DNA of 52,639 nucleotides, the filler included, from Sphacelaria rigidula (taxonomy: Eukaryota): assembly GCA_964200075.2 (NCBI GenBank). It is 4 parts of 4 records of this genome, joined end to end, with 100 filler letters (N's around TTAATTAATTAA, not from the genome) between each part and the next. Parts side by side here need not be neighbours in the genome. Positions count along the whole stretch, not along the records: positions 26,372 to 39,455 come from CAXNAA020003162.1; positions 39,556 to 52,639 come from CAXNAA020003163.1; 2 more parts are not named here. One strand, written 5' to 3'. A program made the position numbers and the translations under genes. Below are positions 37,202 to 47,949 of this stretch, piece after piece; positions within the stretch are counted from its first letter, which is position 1, and each line of letters opens with the position of its first letter. The notes beneath the pieces are model-generated. The model made no database searches. It was not told where the DNA came from and worked only from the letters and a program-made list of their open reading frames with translations.

Positions 37202-38689
37202 GCTGATTGCTACCGACCGCTGGTCCGGCCATAGCGGCATTCCTGCGTGCTTCTCCTTGTCCATCAGAAGCTGTGAGTACGTCGAAAGACTCCGCGCTCC
37301 TAGATCTTCGGTGGTGATGTCTGCTGCCACCACCGCCTCCGCCGTGGCCATCACTAGCGGAGTCCGCGGAATCCATGATCGCCTTATCCTGTTGCTCCGT
37401 GGGGGTCGTGGCGTGTTTTCGACAGGGCAAGGTGATGGACAGACGGGCAAGTACAACATTGTAAAAATAGTTTTCAATGACCAAAAGTCGACTAGTTAGG
37501 CCGCCTTATCGTCCCTGTGGCAAGGCTTAGCACGCGAAGAGCGCTTCCAACATACTCATCGATCACTGCAATATGTCACGGGCGAAACGAAATGAACGCA
37601 GAGCATTACAGTGCACGTGATGCAAAAAAACATACTACAGTTACATAAAATACCCTGCATCATGGGCAGGAATACGCCACATATAAAGGTGAGAAAATTA
37701 ATCGATGTGTTGCTTGACAAAAACACTCGGCGCTTCTTCGCTGTGTCTCCCCCACCATTCGTAACGCGCGCGTGCTCTTACAAGTACCTGTCAGTCTCGT
37801 CTAGGACAACGCTCGCATTCGAGTAGTGGCAATGTGCAAACCTTATTCGGGAGTGATTGCCACGGCCACAGCACGCGATCGGTGCCGCCGTCCCCTTCTG
37901 GCCACCGCTGCCTACCCAAGAAATCAGGCAACGCCTGTGTCAAGACGCGTGACGCCCCACGAACGATATTACGCATCGGGATCAAGTAAGGCCGGTGTCA
38001 GCGGAGAATAGAAATCATGGTTCGGTTAGTAGAGAGATACGGGATGGCGCAGATCATTTCATGTTACTCTTATCAGTCAGGAGAGCCTGGCTGTTGGCCG
38101 TTTCCTGTTCGCCGCAGTTTCTACCATTCCAGGGGCTTTTGCGATGCCCGCGCACCTCATCTTCATGCAGGAAACTCCGACCTAGCATGCGGTCTATATG
38201 CCATCTTAACGCCCTCGCCAATAGGTGCACAATGACGGCGTTGACGAGGTACTTGGGCGCCTGCAGGATAGCCCAGTAGCCACGGACGCTGAAATCTTGG
38301 CACACCTGATTCCGACGTGGCGACCGAACGACGTCACACTTGGGTTCCCCAGGGGGCATCAACAGCCACACAAGCAGAACACACAGGCAAATCAACACGT
38401 GAATTCACCGACGGAACGGGCTAGGACAAGCACGCCAAGACCCATCGACACAGCACCGGCTTTGTCTAGTACACCCTTGCATCCCAACCAGACTGCGGTG
38501 GCAGGGTACGTAGGGGGCGACGTGAAGGCGATAGTATTTTTGAAACGGCTGCCAGCAACTCCTCTGCACGCACGCGAGAACTCGCTCCTGCCGATGGCCG
38601 TGCCATCGACACACTGCAATTGCCCTCAGGCAATCACGTGGAGAACCAGTTTCCGGTATACATGTCCACCGACGAGAAGCGTGCTGTGG
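34107..38689 (-). CDS. 5'-incomplete 6-exon gene (~690 codons) with a low-complexity poly-Asn middle and a C-terminal fascin/beta-trefoil-like region. Exons 38689-38510, 38305-38156, 37934-37842, 37388-36312, 35182-34938, 34434-34107
   Basis: All five introns are GT-AG and phase-compatible (0,0,0,0,2), giving one open frame to the stop at 34107. Motifs VRIRSRATNTFL and WEDLKLEW...GRVVIRSRPMNAYVS resemble fascin repeats. Confidence 0.7.
35338..35840. repeat. Degenerate GAGTAC/GTACTC-rich intronic repeat
   Basis: Recurrent agtacctggagta(t/c), ccgagtatt and gccgaa(a/t)a motifs. Confidence 0.75.
37146..37201 (-). repeat. (AAC)n coding microsatellite (poly-Asn)
   Basis: (GTT)n on the + strand within the large exon. 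Confidence 0.95.
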
Positions 38690-39455
38690 CTGTGTTGACC
38701 CCAATATCCCTGGTTTATCTAGCAGGTACATGACAGTAGCGACAGGTCATGTCACCAGGGACAAGGTGCTTGGTGTGGACTAAGTATCTTCGACACACGT
38801 ATCGACTCTACTCGCATCATATCGGGGGCCACTTCTGGCCGGGAAAGGTGTGACGCAAACAGACTATTGTTGTACCGTATTTAGTACTTTCCTGTGTTCG
38901 GAATTTTTTCTGCCAACAGCTGGCGGGACTGTACTACCGTGGAAATTATTTTGTGCGATGTATTGTGAGTTACACGCGTGCACATACTGAATGTTTCGTC
39001 CAACATATTGCTTATTGACATTTCTCCAAGGCGTTGGCCATATCCGCCATCCTCCAACGATTGTTCGGGCTGTTGGTAAGCGTATTAATTGCAAGAGTTG
39101 GCAAACTCCCCTCTTCGCCGTCCCAGACTACTGCTACTTGTGCAAATTATTTCTCAGTGGGGTCTTCCACACTGGGTTACCCGTGAGCCAGCAACCCCCA
39201 AAACGAATAAGGGCCTGGGTTGTGCAGGTATATTTCCGAGTCAGACATCCTTTTATAGTGGAAATACAGCGAACCATGAGTATCAAGCTCTACAAAAACA
39301 TGCCAGATTGAGAAATGGATTCTCTGGCTTGGCCCTTGATTGGCAGCGACGATACGCTGATGTGTAGGTGTCGTGACTATTCGACAGGGAGAGGCGAGGA
39401 GGGGGGGGGGGGGGGGGGGGGAGGAGGTCAAAGGAGAAGGGACACCGAACGGAGT

Positions 39456-39555
39456 NNNNNNNNNNNNNNNNNNNNNNNNNNNNNNNNNNNNNNNNNNNNT
39501 TAATTAATTAANNNNNNNNNNNNNNNNNNNNNNNNNNNNNNNNNNNNNNNNNNNN
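39456..39555. other. Assembly gap with spacer
   Basis: N run with TTAATTAATTAA. Confidence 0.95.
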
Positions 39556-39986
39556 AACCAAATACAAGCGCAACGCAAATGTGGAAGGGTGGCTGACACA
39601 CTTATGAGCTTCTTTCTCCGTGCAACCAAATACCCCCCCCCTATCGCAGGATGGCTCGATTCTAAAAATTGCACATGAGTGCACTGACTCCTGAGTTTCG
39701 GGCGGTCCATCGGACCAAAATAGACACGAAATATACTTATTGAGACGGCTTCAAGACACCTTTGCGTTTGCCGGTGTCGGCAGTTTTTTTTGCCAAACTT
39801 GCATATTTATTAAGAGCGGTCAAATCTAGAATAAACTGCCTTTTTTTTTCTAGAATACGATTGCCAGTTCTTTCTAGACTCGGCCGTCCTTGACCATTCT
39901 CGGACAGAAATGCAAGTTCAGCCAAAAAAACGTGCGGCCGCCGAAAAAACGCAAAAAAAGTCCCCTGAAAAGGTCTCGAAACGTAG

Positions 39987-40904
39987 GAACAACCGACCAT
40001 CAACATTGAGGATGCAGTTTTTCATTGAGAATAAGGAAGCCCCGGAACGGCGCGCGGAAAGTGTCCTTATTCCCCCCCTCCCCGAAAATACTTCGCAACC
40101 CGTTTGGGACGACTCCCAGAAACATGTGGTCTAATCAGTATAGTGGTCAGCACACCACATTGTGCCTGTGGAAACCCGAGTTCGATTCTCGGATTGGTCA
40201 CCATGTCGTGATCTGATCACGAGGTGATACTGGGGTCACTCTCGAAGGACATACCCGGCCAGGGGTGACCCGAGGTCAGCGGCTGGCTACATTGAACAAT
40301 TGCAGTCGAGAGGAATGAGCCTTGAGCTCGAGAGTAACAGACCCTCGAGTCCGACAAGCACTGCATCATAAGGCCAAGCAGGGACTCAATTTCGCGTGCA
40401 GAGAGGTGCTCTTGGCTTGATTGCAAGCGAGATATCTCCAAGTGGTGGCTGATAGCTTTGTTATTAGGCTTGGCTAGGTAGCTCAAAGTTGTGACAGCCT
40501 GGGCACGCAACACATCATACCGGAGAATAACACTAATATGCGAGTGGAATACGACCTATTCCACATGCCATGCGTGCTTCGAAACGCCTACTATTTGTAC
40601 AGTCGATATCTGCCGTAATATGTGGTTTGCACCAGGGACCGTTTATAAATCGGCATCATTATTAGTCGTCCTCTAGTAAAATGAAGCTGATTCACATGAA
40701 GGCCCCTGCGTGCAAACCACATGTTCCAGGGAGTCCGGTCGCCAAAGAGTTGCAAACGGTTTTGAGGGGGGCTCCATTTTACTAGAGAACGACTGAAAAT
40801 GATGCCGATTCCGAGGAAATATATGGGCACTTTCCGCCCGCCGTTCCGAGGCTTCCTTATTCTCAATGAAAAGCTCCACCCTCAATGTTGATGATCGGCT
40901 GTTC
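39987..40904. repeat. Long imperfect inverted repeat (arms ~39987-40130 and ~40716-40904), probable transposon remnant
   Basis: catcaacattgagg..ttttcattgagaataaggaagcc.cggaacggcg.gcggaaagtg is present in both orientations. Confidence 0.8.
40128..40203 (+). pseudogene. tRNA-His(GTG)-derived sequence with encoded G-1 and CCA; likely head of a SINE reaching ~40520
   Basis: Cloverleaf: acceptor GTCTAAT/ATTGGTC (1 mismatch), D arm GTATAGTGGTCAGCAC, anticodon arm CCACA-TTGTGCC-TGTGG, perfect T arm CCGAG-TTCGATT-CTCGG, then ACCA. Non-canonical C8 and C37; no oligo-T terminator. Confidence 0.8.
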
Positions 40905-41026
40905 TGTCAAGGGGAGGATTTGAAAGTGTGACGACGCCCCTCCCCCACCCCCCCACCCCCCCCCAAAAGCGGTGTTCCGCCTACCAAACGTCGTGCACGA
41001 TAGCAACTCCTGACTACTGTATTGAG

Positions 41027-41284
41027 GTTCAAGTCTTTCTTATTATTACTGTGCACACGGAGGAAACCGAGTGGAGGGAGGTTTAGGAAAGTAGTAAATA
41101 GTTACGTGGAGGGAGCGCCTCCCTATCACGACTGCCCACGAGCTATAATATCCAGTCCGCTCACGAACCGTATATATCCGTGGTCCGTTCTCTTGCCACA
41201 TATTAACAGTTCTCAATTCTAGGACCAGAAACAATTCCCCGTTCTTCGACCAGAAGGAACCTTTCACACAATATTCCTGAACTA
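41027..41284 (-). repeat. Dispersed ~260-bp repeat, copy 1 (LINE/SINE 3'-end-like)
   Basis: Diverged direct copy at 47477-47733; minus-strand end ...taataataagaaagacttgaac. Confidence 0.75.
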
Positions 41285-41326
41285 ACTACTGAATGTCCCG
41301 ATTTTCGTAGATGAACTTTGTTGAAC

Positions 41327-44300
41327 ACCCTCCTTAGGTGTATCGAGTAACAAGCCTAACATTGGCCTGGTTATTGTCGAAGAAACTACAGGAGATCGGA
41401 CTTCTTATTATCGTCTACTATCTCAAATAATGGTATAGAAAAAAACGTTATTATGAGAGCTAGTCCCTGCCCAAAAGGAAGACGCGGTGTCTTGCGAAAC
41501 TCTCCCTACCGAGCGGCTTCAGTGATGATCCGCAAGCTGATTTTCTGATCGAAGATACTTTACAGAGATGTCACCGCTGGCACGCAACTCCCTGAGAAGA
41601 TAGTACCGAACGTCAATGTGCTTGCTTTTGGACGAGATCAAGGGTTTTTTGGCCGAGTCTTCCGCCTGCTTGGTGTCCTCGAAAGCGTCAATTATTCTGC
41701 ACATCGGTCCTAAACTGGGCATCAGAAGAGGCACTACCCCCTCACATATAGGACCTTCTTGATTCCGTCTACCATTCATTACTACATATTTTGCCTCAAT
41801 GGTAGATAGGGCGACGCACTTCTTCGTCCTAGGGAACCAAGACACTCGCGTACCCCCGCAGCAAATAGCTACACAACGAACGGGAAGTCAGTCCTCCACC
41901 CTATCGGCTTAGTCTACGTCCACGTACGTATCCAAATCAAACTCTAACTGAATAGACCTCAAGTCGGTACGCCTATTGAAAATAAACCCAACTCTGCGTG
42001 GCATTCAGATACTCGAGTATCTCTTGTGCCGCCTTGTAGAGAATCGGCTTGGGATCATGCTAAAATCGTGCGATTGCCCAAACGGCACTCGCGATATCGG
42101 ACCTTGCCTTGTTTACAATTCACATCAGCCCCCCTACGATCTCACGGAAAGGATAATCTGCCACACGTTCTCCTCACTTGCGTGCCTCAGGTGTAAGGAA
42201 AGGCTAGCGGGGATGGGACTGGTCTTCGAGACGTCGAAACGATGTAGCACACGCCGAATGGATTGGGTCTAGAAAACCTACATAGCACCATTCTCCCTGT
42301 CTCTTTTGTACACACTGTTCATGTACCACCCTACCTCTCCGAGATGTTTGGTGGGACATCTCTGATTGAGGACATTGACTATCTCTCCAGTTGCCCCCTC
42401 AGTACGTGCAATTCTGATGCCGTCCATTTGGAAGATCATCATCATCACCACAACGTCACCAGCAATTATCCGCCGAAGCACACAGGGATCTACCGAGCAT
42501 TGCTCGAAACCATTCTTCACCAGGGTTAAGAAAAGTTGATTCCACGCACAACCACTTTTTTGAGGCCGTATAAAAGCCTTATTGAGACGCACTACCTCAC
42601 CAATTATCGATTCACAACCGGGGGGTAGGCGCCAGATATCGGTGTCCGACTCCGACTGAGTAGAAGCCTGAGCTACATCCAAGTGTCTCAAACCCCAGTC
42701 TAGCTTACATGCCATGGCCACCACCAATCTGTTTGAAGTAGCAGAGGCCGTGGGGACAAACGTCTCGAAGTAGCCTACTCCTTCTACCTGACTGTACTCC
42801 ATAGCTACCATATGGGCTTTCGACCGGTCAAGCAAGCCATGCGAACCACCCTTCCGCTTGTACAATCAGTGGGAGTATAACGTTGTGCCCATGGGGCTAA
42901 TTAGCCACCTCTGCAAGCGTTTCGGCTGCCGCAACCTTACCGAGCTCTATCTTTGATGACTCCATCCACACGTCCGAGTACTGCGACGAGCATACTGCAG
43001 GATACAACACTGACTCCGGCCCCGCTTCCCGGACGAGGTATTTAGGTAGCTCACCTGGCTTCTGGGCAATCTCCTGAACCGCCAGTAGCCCATGGATTAT
43101 TCCCCCCTTTCACCAAGCCCAAATATAGTCACGAGACCAGCTGCTTCTTGATTGAGCGCTTGTGTCTACACTCTGGTTTAACGGAGCTCCTATTATAGCC
43201 ATTTCTAGATTCAACCAGATGCGACTCAAGTTGGCCCGCCGTAGTCCGTGCCACCGTCAGAACCTGACCACCTTCGTCCGATGAAGACGGCTCGTTCCCC
43301 TTGAGAGGTTGTCGTTGGCAGACGGCTCGGTGCTCACCGATGACAAACACACACCCAATGAAGCGTTTGTGGTGTTGAGGTCCGGCTGAATTTCACCGAC
43401 TACACAACCTCGCTGACCTTCACCACCGTGGCCAGCACTCTTCCCCGCACATGTCACTCGACGCTGACAAGGGGTTCCTCTCCCCAGCAGCGGTAATGGT
43501 GTCGTTAAGGGAGACCCAAAATCATATATCCCTTCGGGCGCTGGAGTCTCTCCTAGCTCCGATGCTCCTCTCGGCTGTGACGTCCCTGCACTTGCACCGG
43601 CGGCACCACTATATCCGGTGGTGCCTCCAAGGTGGCGTCCCTTGCCTCCACTAGCTTGTTCACCCGCGTCAGCATCAGCGATGAATCTCGGGGATGGTCG
43701 ATAAGGGACCCGAGGTAGAAGCTACTCTCGCACGTGGCGAACGACTTTGATGGGCAGTTCCAGCGGCAATACCCGGACGAAGAAACGGGTGCGGTGATGC
43801 AGGTGTTATCTTACCATGCCACACCTCGTGAGGCGACCTGTTACGTGGGTTGGATGTCGTCGGGGTGTGATTCAGGTCGTTACACGCTTAGTGTACTACT
43901 CCCTCAGCCAAGAGGGTCTTCGATGGTGGTAATCCGACATGTGGAACGAGTATAGAAGCTTGGATGGGAGCGGCAAGTGCGGTGCTTTGAGTGATACCTA
44001 GAGCTCTCTCGGCAACGCCATTCAGTTCCGGACACTTCGGACCGGTAAATTCCTACTTTATACAGTACTACCTGTGCACGCCCCCGAATTCCCCATCACA
44101 AAAAACTCTGCCCCATCATTAGATCTACATAGTTTTACCTTCGACGGTACACCACCCGCACGAACATCAACCGAAGACTTCCTGAAGATGTCATCGGCAT
44201 CGGACTTCCATTTTAGAGAAAGTAAGCCCATGAGTATCGGGCAAAGTCATCCTTAACCATCATTGCGTACTTCTCCCCTAGCAATGAAGTAGTTCTCTTA

Positions 44301-46240
44301 GGACCACTGAGATCAGCGGGAGCACGTCCTAGCTTTCCTGAGGCGCGTGATTTCGTGCTGTTGGCAAATGACTTGCGGTCTTGACTCACCCAGAAAGTCC
44401 CCGCCTAGCAATCTAGCAGTCTCTTTCAACAGAAATTCACTGATATGGCCGTGCACTCAGTGGAAAATATTCATGTCTGCGGCAGTCTCACGTGAGTTGG
44501 AACTACCGGGGGCTATCACAGGGAACGCTAGGGGAACAGGGTGGTCAGGTTCCACAAGATTGTCGACGGGCTCAGGAACCAACAGCGACAGGCTCAGGAA
44601 CCAACAGGGCAGAGGGGATGTAGTCGTCATCAGGGTCAGTCCTTCTACCACCATGGATTGAGTATCCAGATCCATCGCTCCAAAACCCAAGGCGTCCATC
44701 CTGGAGGGTCACACTCAGATCCGAGTCATGAGTCGTGAAACCTACTCCTGGTCTGTGCGCCGTCATTTAGGGGAAAAAAATGAAATCTAGTCGGGTTCGT
44801 ATGCCACCTTATCAATCCTTACTGTTATTCCTCCTGCCTTGTTGGGGAAAAATAGCAGTGAATGACCCGTAACCATCAACGTCAATTGAAGCGTCACTAC
44901 CTATCATAACCTCATCCTCGGATGGTTGTAAGTCACGGAGCAAGTCAGCTGATCTAGTCATGTCAAAGGTTGCACCACTATCACCAATCCAGTCGTCACT
45001 GCCGTTCTTACTGTTCTCGCGCTCTCCTACAGGATCCCTCTGAACATGCATACTAATCGACAAACACGCTGTGATCTTACCAGAATCGCTCTGTGACGTC
45101 TTCGCGGCGGGAATGACGTGTGCGGTGCAGTCGAATCATCGATGCCCTGGCTCTAAGCAACAGTGACACTTGTCCCGCATGTCGTCGTATTCCTTGCCTA
45201 CTTTTTTGGTACTGCTGTTTGGTCGTTCTTGCCGACTGCAGTACCACTGGAACGCCGTAACAACCTTTAGCACCACCTTGATTGCGATTTCTGCGGGCGG
45301 GCTTGCTCGTCACGGGAATTCGCCCTACGTTGCGACTCTTTGCCCCATTCGCAGACATTAGTGTGTATCTCTGTCCTACCTTTACCTCTATCTCGGCACG
45401 GGTGGTGTTGTATCTGCACAAGACCGTGCGCTGTTTTCATTCTTCGTCGGTCGTGAGCACCTCAACTACCTCAATATTAACATCGCCTTTAGGCACGGGA
45501 ACCCCAAATGATCGTAGCACACCCACTATCTTGTCTGCGAACGCGAAAATCTTCACCGGATCCTCCTTCTTCACCATCTCTAATTCGTTGAAAAGGCATT
45601 TTCACTCCGACTTCTCAAAGAGAGTTCTCGGCAAGAAGCAATTGCATAGCATGCGTCAACCTGCACTAGGGGGTTTGGTATCAAACACCCTGCTTATCAA
45701 TTTGCTGTCCGTGATGCTCTCAGTTCACCACCTCCTGGCCATACGGGTTCGTCGTACGCTCCTCTCACTGAAATCTTCTCCAAGCATTAACCGGGAAGTC
45801 ATGGAGGAACCGCCTACTGGCATGCCAGGTACTGCAGTATATGCCTGCATAAAATCGTTCGATGGGGCAAAATCCTCAAAACATCTCTTTCACGACGGAA
45901 AACCTACGCTGCTCCCAAGCTTGGTTCTGATGCTGCTTGCGCCCCGACGTCCTATGGCAACATTGCTACCCCTTGCAATCTGAACCTCACAGTCAACTGG
46001 CAGTAGGCTACTGATGACTGCTCCACCTCTAAGACCGGGCGCAGACCCTGCCTGCTTATCAATTTCAGCACCTTCAGAACATGTGAGCTGGTCTTAACCG
46101 ACGGACCACGCTTCCAGCCTACCAGTGTTCTCCCGACTAGCGTCGATGCACGACAGCCTTCCTTCAAAGCTTCTTGACTGCGTCTCCAGCAGTGCCTTGA
46201 GTTCTTCAACTATGTTGTCTTGGTCCGCCATCTCATAACA
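41327..46240 (-). mobile_element. Heavily decayed Ty1/copia LTR retrotransposon
   Basis: Order gag (ATG 46231; knuckle CHCCLEPGHR*FDC ~45130-45170), PR (WIGDSGATFDMT), pre-IN/IN (~44090-44480), RT (ETFVPTA, HLDVAQA; 42278-42865), RH (VALSTIEAKY, KSKHIDVRYY, KPLGRESF; stop ~41460). PPT-like aaggaggg followed by TGTT at 41327. Confidence 0.9.
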
Positions 46241-46321
46241 ACGAGTCAAGTTCGAACTCCACGTTGACGTATTCTAATGACCGTGTTGATCAGATGATGG
46301 TGTAGGAACAACCGCCCCGTG

Positions 46322-46391
46322 GTGTGTGCTGTGTGCTGTGTGCTGTGTGCTGTGTGCTGTGTGCTGTGTGCTGTGTGCTGTGTGCTGTGTG

Positions 46392-46443
<52 letters not shown>
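46322..46443. repeat. (TGTGCTG)n/(TG)n microsatellite, probably the tail of SINE B
   Basis: Read directly from the sequence; adjoins the SINE B 3' segment. Confidence 0.9.
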
Positions 46444-46444
<1 letters not shown>

Positions 46445-46502
46445 GTTATTCCATCTATTCTGGACGCCAGCCTACACCTTTCGGTATGTGTGGGCGCATC
46501 AG

Positions 46503-47126
46503 TAGTGGCCCGACTGTCACCATTAGGGTGGAGAGAACTTGTTATTTTATTGTTTTATTTGTCGCGCTTTGAACCCCTCCCCTTCCTCTGGATGAGTCCG
46601 TGGTCTCAAGGGATCAACGCATCTCTCCCCCGGCACACGCGTTGTATTTTGGTCTGGCGGATTGGGTCAGCATTCCCGCACCGAGTCAACTCAATTCAAA
46701 CCAACTCAGTCGACTACTTTGTGTACTCACGTTGTCACGCTTTCCACGGTGGAAATCAGACATTGCGAAGACAAAACCCAACGCATCGGGGTCGAACCCT
46801 CGTTCTCTTCTCCCCAATGGCGACAGTCGGACCATTACACCAACGGGGCGCGGCAACGTGGGTTTGATTCCCGATGTGTTGGGCTTTTTCTTCGAGACAC
46901 ATGATAGCCTCCATCGAAAGCGTGAGTACTTGAGTAAACAAAACGTAGTTGACTGAGTTTGTTTGACGAGCGTTGATGCGGTGCGGGAGTGCCGACCCTA
47001 TCCGCGAGACTGAAATGCAAGGTGTGTATTGGGGAGAGATAGGTTCATCCCTTGAGACCACGGACTCGTCCCGAGGAAGAGGAGAGTTCCGAAGTGCGAC
47101 AAATATATGATGATGATATGATAATA
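46503..47126 (+). mobile_element. SINE family A (+ strand), split into 46503-46538 and 46855-47126
   Basis: Head tagtggcccgactgtcaccattagggtggagagaac rejoins gtgggtttgattcccg; family core at 47045-47067; (ATG)n tail. Confidence 0.75.
46539..46854 (-). mobile_element. SINE family A (- strand), full-length, inserted into the head of the + copy
   Basis: Minus strand GCCGCGCCCCGTTGGTGTAATGG (A box)...GAGGGTTCGACCCC (B box)...core...A-rich tail; AAC on both flanks. Confidence 0.8.
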
Positions 47127-47476
47127 ATCAGCTGGGGTCGCACAGGAAGAATGTCAACACAGGAGTTTTTCTCCTCTTGTCCTCGTACCCTACCTTTCTT
47201 CTGCGGTGCTTACCTTCCTTTTTATCGCGAGAAGGGTTTAGCGGCCCCTTTCCCTCGTCAAACGTGATGTAGAACTTTGTGTACGCACGACATACTCGTC
47301 ACTGTTGGGCATAATGTGAGAAAAAGCCCTAGAACGTGTGACTTCACCGAGATTCGAACCCACGTCCCTACCATCGGAAGGTTTCGAAGTTACCAAATGA
47401 GATCCGTGTGTTATTGCCCAGATGAGACACTGCCCTTGTGCAGTTTATCTCAAGAAGATGAAGATACTGTAGTACA

Positions 47477-47733
47477 GTTCAAGTCTTCATTATTGTTACT
47501 ACACACGCACGGAGGAAACTAGGCGGAGAAAGAAGTAGGAAATGAGCGAATAGATGCAGGCAGAGAGCACCACCCTATCACGACTGCCAACATACCATAA
47601 CTTTTAGTCCGCTCACTGACCATATTCCGTCGTCCATTCCCGAGCCATAAATCAACAATGCTCAATTTAAGGACCAGAAACAATTTACCGTTCTCCATCC
47701 ACAAGAAACCCTCCAAATAATATCCCTGAACTA
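47477..47733 (-). repeat. Dispersed ~260-bp repeat, copy 2
   Basis: Homologous to 41027-41284 (shared cacggaggaaac, ccctatcacgactgcc, aggaccagaaacaatt). Confidence 0.75.
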
Positions 47734-47787
47734 CGGGATATCCTGTCATTCCGCGCTCACAGATGATGGCTTACGTATTCAATCTTC

Positions 47788-47913
47788 GGAAACTACGGTG
47801 CTGATTTTTGTTTCGTGAATCTTCAAGAATCGGTATCATTTTCATCCATTATAAAGTAAAAATACTGCCGTTTCACAAAGATTCACATAACAAAAATCAG
47901 CACCTCAGTTCCC
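47788..47913. repeat. Small hairpin or MITE-like element
   Basis: ggtgctgatttttgtttcgtgaatctt ... aagattcacataacaaaaatcagcacc; no TSD found. Confidence 0.7.
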
Positions 47914-47949
47914 ACAGGGTTGAGATGAGCTTTATTGGACAGGTCTAAC

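Larger units (their letters stand above)
46444..47402 (-). mobile_element. tRNA-derived SINE B, split into 47402-47127 and 46502-46444 by nested insertions
   Basis: Minus-strand head ctcatttggt...gtgggttcgaatctcgg (A/B boxes); ATCAG duplicated at 46498-46502 and 47127-47131. Confidence 0.6.

Noticed and set aside
40129..40200. Functional tRNA-His gene
   Set aside because: C8, C37, an acceptor mismatch, encoded CCA and no terminator favour a retroposed pseudogene or SINE head
46319..46867. Cys/Val-rich 182-aa ORF
   Set aside because: Translation of a (TG)n microsatellite and SINE sequence
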